A DNA stretch of 63,940 bases, the filler included, from Dirinaria sp. TL-2023a (Eukaryota): assembly GCA_051941275.1 (NCBI GenBank). It is 3 parts of 3 records of this genome, joined end to end, with 100 filler letters (N's around TTAATTAATTAA, not from the genome) between each part and the next. Parts side by side here need not be neighbours in the genome. Positions count along the whole stretch, not along the records: positions 44,593 to 63,940 come from JAVEBF010000338.1; 2 more parts are not named here. One strand, written 5' to 3'. Of this stretch, positions 59,932 to 63,940 are shown piece by piece. Position 1 is the stretch's first letter, and every line of letters begins with the position of its first letter. Position numbers and translations under genes: made by a program. Under the pieces are notes generated by a model. That model had not been told where the DNA came from and ran no database searches. It was given only the letters and a program-made list of their open reading frames with translations.

Positions 59932-61038
59932 CCTGCAGCCTTGCTTGCTGTCCGAGATGTCCTTTCTCAACACTTCTCCTGAAGCGTGATACTGACTGAA
60001 GTGGTTGCCTTTCGAATGCAATTTAGCGAGATATTATCCTCGCATTTACCTCAATCAGCGAACTGGAAGCAGATCTGAAGTGATTATTAGCATGCAACTA
60101 ATTCTTTGACTCGACCGATAAAAGAGGGGTAGGTAAGGTTAGGTGGGACTCAATGACACTAATGACAGCTCAGGTGCTGCAGGGTACCGTTAAGCTCCCG
60201 CCCGAGGAGCCGAACATCAGGCCAAAGAACCTCACTGAAGGTCGCTCCCAAAAGGCCGAATTACTTTGCTAACGTCCGTCCCTGTGTCGCGGAAAACCTA
60301 CCGTCCCGGAAAATCTGATGGGTACCTTGACTTCAAGCGACTATGACTCTACGTACACATCGAGGTCTACCGAAATTAGGTGTATGTAGTGTGCTATAGC
60401 TACTATTGAACATTGAGAAACTCTCCAACATGTAAATTACATGCGCATTGTCGCCTCCTAGCTTGATTCGCTCAAAGTCTTCTTTTATGATAAAACAATC
60501 TCCAGTCCCTACAGCACCATCGTAGAGTCTTTACTACTTATTGTGTACATACAAGATCTTGTCCGAGCCTTAGAGCCTTATCATGATGATAGGATATCAT
60601 TATCAGCTTTATGCCTGCTGTCGTGCGCATTTCCTTACAAGGTTGCCACCCTATTCGGTACCTCCGAACCGAGCAATTGCCGATTGAGGCTAGTGCAAAA
60701 CAGCCTTTTATGGCGTTCGTAATAGTTACTACGTATTTTACTCTTGCCGTCGGTAAGCCAAACATGTATCTTAGCTGTTTGGGCCTTATGACCTAGAGTA
60801 GCTCGCTTTGCGGTGCTACATCTATCCTGGCTAGGTGTGCCTCGCTTCTTGTGTCGCCAGCTATTTCTCGTGCCTTTTCCGTTACAAAAATCATGCATAG
60901 AGGTAAATAAGATCTCAGGTAAGGCGAATATCTACCTTAGTCAAACACATATTTAAAGTGACGAAGGTTGCAGCAGTCGCCTCATAACAACATACAACGA
61001 CAGCTTGTGAATTGATATATACCCAAACCTTCTCAGCA

Positions 61039-63412
61039 ATGCAGGACTATATGCCACAGTGGCCACTAAAGATTCTCATTCTTTCATCAGATCCTCGTAA
61101 TGCAGATCGGCTGCGTCTGGCGCAAGAGCATCGAGACTTACAGAACGCAATCCGTGGAACACGCTTTGCCTCGTCGTTGAATGTCTTCAACGGACTTTCC
61201 TGCCAATATTCCGATATTACAGCAGCGCTGGATCGCTTCGATCCACATATATTACACTTTAGTGGACACGGTGGAGAGGATGTCTTATATTTTGAAGATG
61301 TTCAGGGGATTACCAAACCTGTCAAAAAGCAAGCATTAGCAAACGTGCTGCGCCACCAGAAAGAGCTGCAACTCGTTATACTCAATACTTGTTTCTCGTT
61401 GGATCAAGGGCAGGCTTTTGCGGACGCAGTTGGTCTAGCAATAGTGTCAGAGGGAAGCATACTTGACCAAGATGCGATCGATTTCTCCCGCGAGTTCTAT
61501 ACAGCTCTTGGATATGGACAGAGAAGTTATATCGAAGCCTTTGAGCGAGCGAAGTCGGCTCTTGAAATGACAGGCGAAACGAAAGTGCACCTTTTGCGAC
61601 GTGACACACCTGACGCGCAAGATGTCTCAGCATATTCATCCTCGGTACCAGATGGGTGAGTGCTCTTAAGCAGAACAGAATCTCTGGAAGAGAAGGGACA
61701 CAGATCCATCGTGAGTCAAGCACGGGTTGGAGAAAGTCGTCAATGTACGATATTAGTGAAGCGCTGACTCAACATCTCCTAGAAGGCACTGGTTTCCACG
61801 TGCAGTTCAGCTCACGGGCCTGTCGGTTACCGGCCACTTCGTCGACCGCGATCCCGAGATGGAAGCGATCGAACGACATCTTCTCCCGAAAAAGACACAA
61901 ATTGGACGGAAGATATACATTCTTTATGGCCTGGGCGGGATCGGAAAGACGCAGCTAGCAATTGCACATGCTCGAAAACATCAGCATGCGTATAGTGCAA
62001 TCCTATGGGTAAACGGCAACAGCAGGGATACGGTTTTACAGAGCCTGTCTGCGTTTGGTAGGCGTGCTGGCGTTGACGGTGTTTTAGAATCGACCGCCCA
62101 TGCAGCTCAGCAGCCGCTGGATATGGAGGTAGAGGCGGCTGCTGTGCTGAGATGGCTCGCTTTAGAAGGAAATCATCGATGGCTGATGATCTTCGACAAT
62201 GTCGACCGAGACGTCCAATCCAGCGAGGAAGATACTCAGGCCTTTAAGTTCACATCATTTCTGCCGCCAGCTGATCATGGCTCGGTGCTGATCACGACCC
62301 GTCTTCATTCTTTAAGGGGGATGGGGCAGTCGACGGAAGTCGGAATTTTCAAGCTGGATCAGGCACAAGAGCTCCTCAGCTATCACTCGGGTCTGCATTC
62401 ATCCAGCCACGGTAAGATAAGCATCACGTCGGAAGCTGAAAATACAAGCCCAGTGACATATTTTGCAGACATGACGAAGCTTATTCAGCGACTCGGCTGC
62501 CTCCCTCTCGCTCTCGTTCAAGCAGGCATCTACATGTACCAAACCAAGACGGGATGCTCGAAGTATTTGGATCTGTATAAGGCTTCGTGGACTCAGCTCA
62601 CGGCCGAGACGCCTCGCCTACAGGATTATGAAAATGGAAGCATTCAGACGACGTGGATGATCTCCTATGAGCACGTGCGACAGAGCAACCGGGTGGCGGG
62701 GAAATTGCTGCAGCTGTGGGGGTACTTGGATCGTCAAGATATCTGGTATGAGCTCTTCCTTCGTGGACGCAAGGGCTGTCCAGAAGAGTTTGACTGGCTA
62801 CAGAAGCTGGCAGGCAGTGAGATTGTCTTCAAGAGGGTGATGAAAAGCTTACTAGACTACTCGCTCATCGAATCGCACGGAGATCGGGAAAGCTATTCTG
62901 TTCATCCGGTTGTGCACGACTGGTGTACTGAGACAATAAGCCATGGCCAAGATGACTTAATGCTGGCGGCGCTGACGATTGTAGGCACTGCGGCGCCGGG
63001 TCATGCAGAGGCCGAGTACTGGCTTCTGGAGCAGAGACTGCTCCCTCACGTTGACCGGTGTATACAGCAGATTAATGATCTGGAAGAGCCGCATCGGCTT
63101 GAATCAGCGGAAGCTGTCGACGCATTCGGCAACCTGGGCCTTCTCTACAAGGATCAAAGCAAACATGCCGAGGCGGAGAAGATGTATCAGCGAGCACTGA
63201 ATGGATACGAGAAAGCATGGGGCTCTGATCACACGTCCACACTCGGCACCGTCAACAACCTGGGTGTTCTCTACACGGATCAAGGCAAACATGCCGAGGC
63301 GGAGAAGATGTATAGGCGGGCGCTGGATGGGTACATGAATGCTCGAGGTTCAAATCATCTAAACACTCGGCTCATAGCCAGAAACTTAGCTCTTCTTCGT
63401 GAGAGGAAGTAA
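61039..63412 (+). CDS. NLR-like protein: CHAT (caspase-like) protease + NB-ARC + TPR
   Basis: CHAT motifs LRLAQE, ILHFSGHG and VILNTC. Intron 61656..61782 (GTGAGT..GCTGAC..TAG) joins GG|A in frame to HFVDRDPEM, P-loop GLGGIGKT, Walker B WLMIFDNVD, LITTR and GCLPLAL. Probable 57-nt intron at 62412..62468. Two C-terminal TPR units; about 729 aa spliced. Confidence 0.88.
63131..63382 (+). repeat. Two 126-nt (42-aa) TPR repeat units
   Basis: AACCTGGG anchors at 63131 and 63257; near-identical core GCAAACATGCCGAGGCGGAGAAGATGTAT in both units. Confidence 0.85.
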
Positions 63413-63940
63413 GCACCTAAAAAGAGTATACTCGACAAATGGTTCCGCAGATTGAAGAAGTAAGAATACATTGCGCCGAGTATCGATTTCGCTAAAAAGG
63501 TTCGCTTGCACCGTCAACGCAAGGTTACCGTTAATCGCTATGTGAGCTACAATTGTATGGAATACGATAGACTTTTATTGAAAAACTGTGGCGAAATATG
63601 AGCTAGCATATGTTTGCTACACAGGAAGTGCAGTTGAATAGCAAAAGTTTGTTATTATTGTAGCCTATAGGTACTGGCTATCTATCGACTGAGTGTTTCG
63701 AAAGCCTGGCTTGCCGATAAAATGCGTAAGATATACCGTTATTACCTTGTCGAATTGTACAGATTTGTTTTAAGCTAACTATAACCGGCAATTTCTTTTA
63801 TCGGAGGTACCGACCAGGATGGCGACCTTGTATGAATTTGCGTATGATAGCATGCACACAGCTGATGATAATTTTGAACTACCCGGTCAAGATTCTTAGA
63901 CTCGGACAGAGTTTTTGTATAACTATGGCAAGTGGTGAAG

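Noticed and set aside
60300..61000. Search for a gasdermin, HeLo or amyloid partner gene upstream of the NLR
   Set aside because: Only short ORFs without recognisable motifs

Overview
Eukaryotic DNA from a filamentous ascomycete (Pezizomycotina-type genes, short GT-AG introns with CTRAC/CTAAY branch points). It consists of three segments joined by two artificial 100-nt N/TTAATTAATTAA spacers. Most of the window is housekeeping sequence: full-size ABCG transporter, PhyH dioxygenase, CDK10/11-like kinase, Grainyhead/CP2 factor, oxysterol-binding protein, F-box protein, OSCA/CSC1 channel, CCT2, IRE1, proteasome beta1, MFS transporter, PTH11-like protein, methyltransferase, PRP8, RPL34 and an SDR. 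Highlights: (1) a 620-aa PRP8 intein whose second LAGLIDADG motif has lost its catalytic Asp (LAGLIDTAG), with a long acidic insert and a spliceosomal intron 14 nt downstream of the insertion site; (2) a spliced CHAT(caspase-like)-NB-ARC-TPR NLR-type immune receptor with an intact His/Cys dyad and only two TPR units; (3) a pseudogenised cation/H+ antiporter and a cluster of decayed orphan genes at 55-58.7 kb; (4) recurrent GC-rich islands with a C-rich to G-rich skew switch that does not depend on gene strand. Family calls come from motif recognition by eye; no database searches were run.
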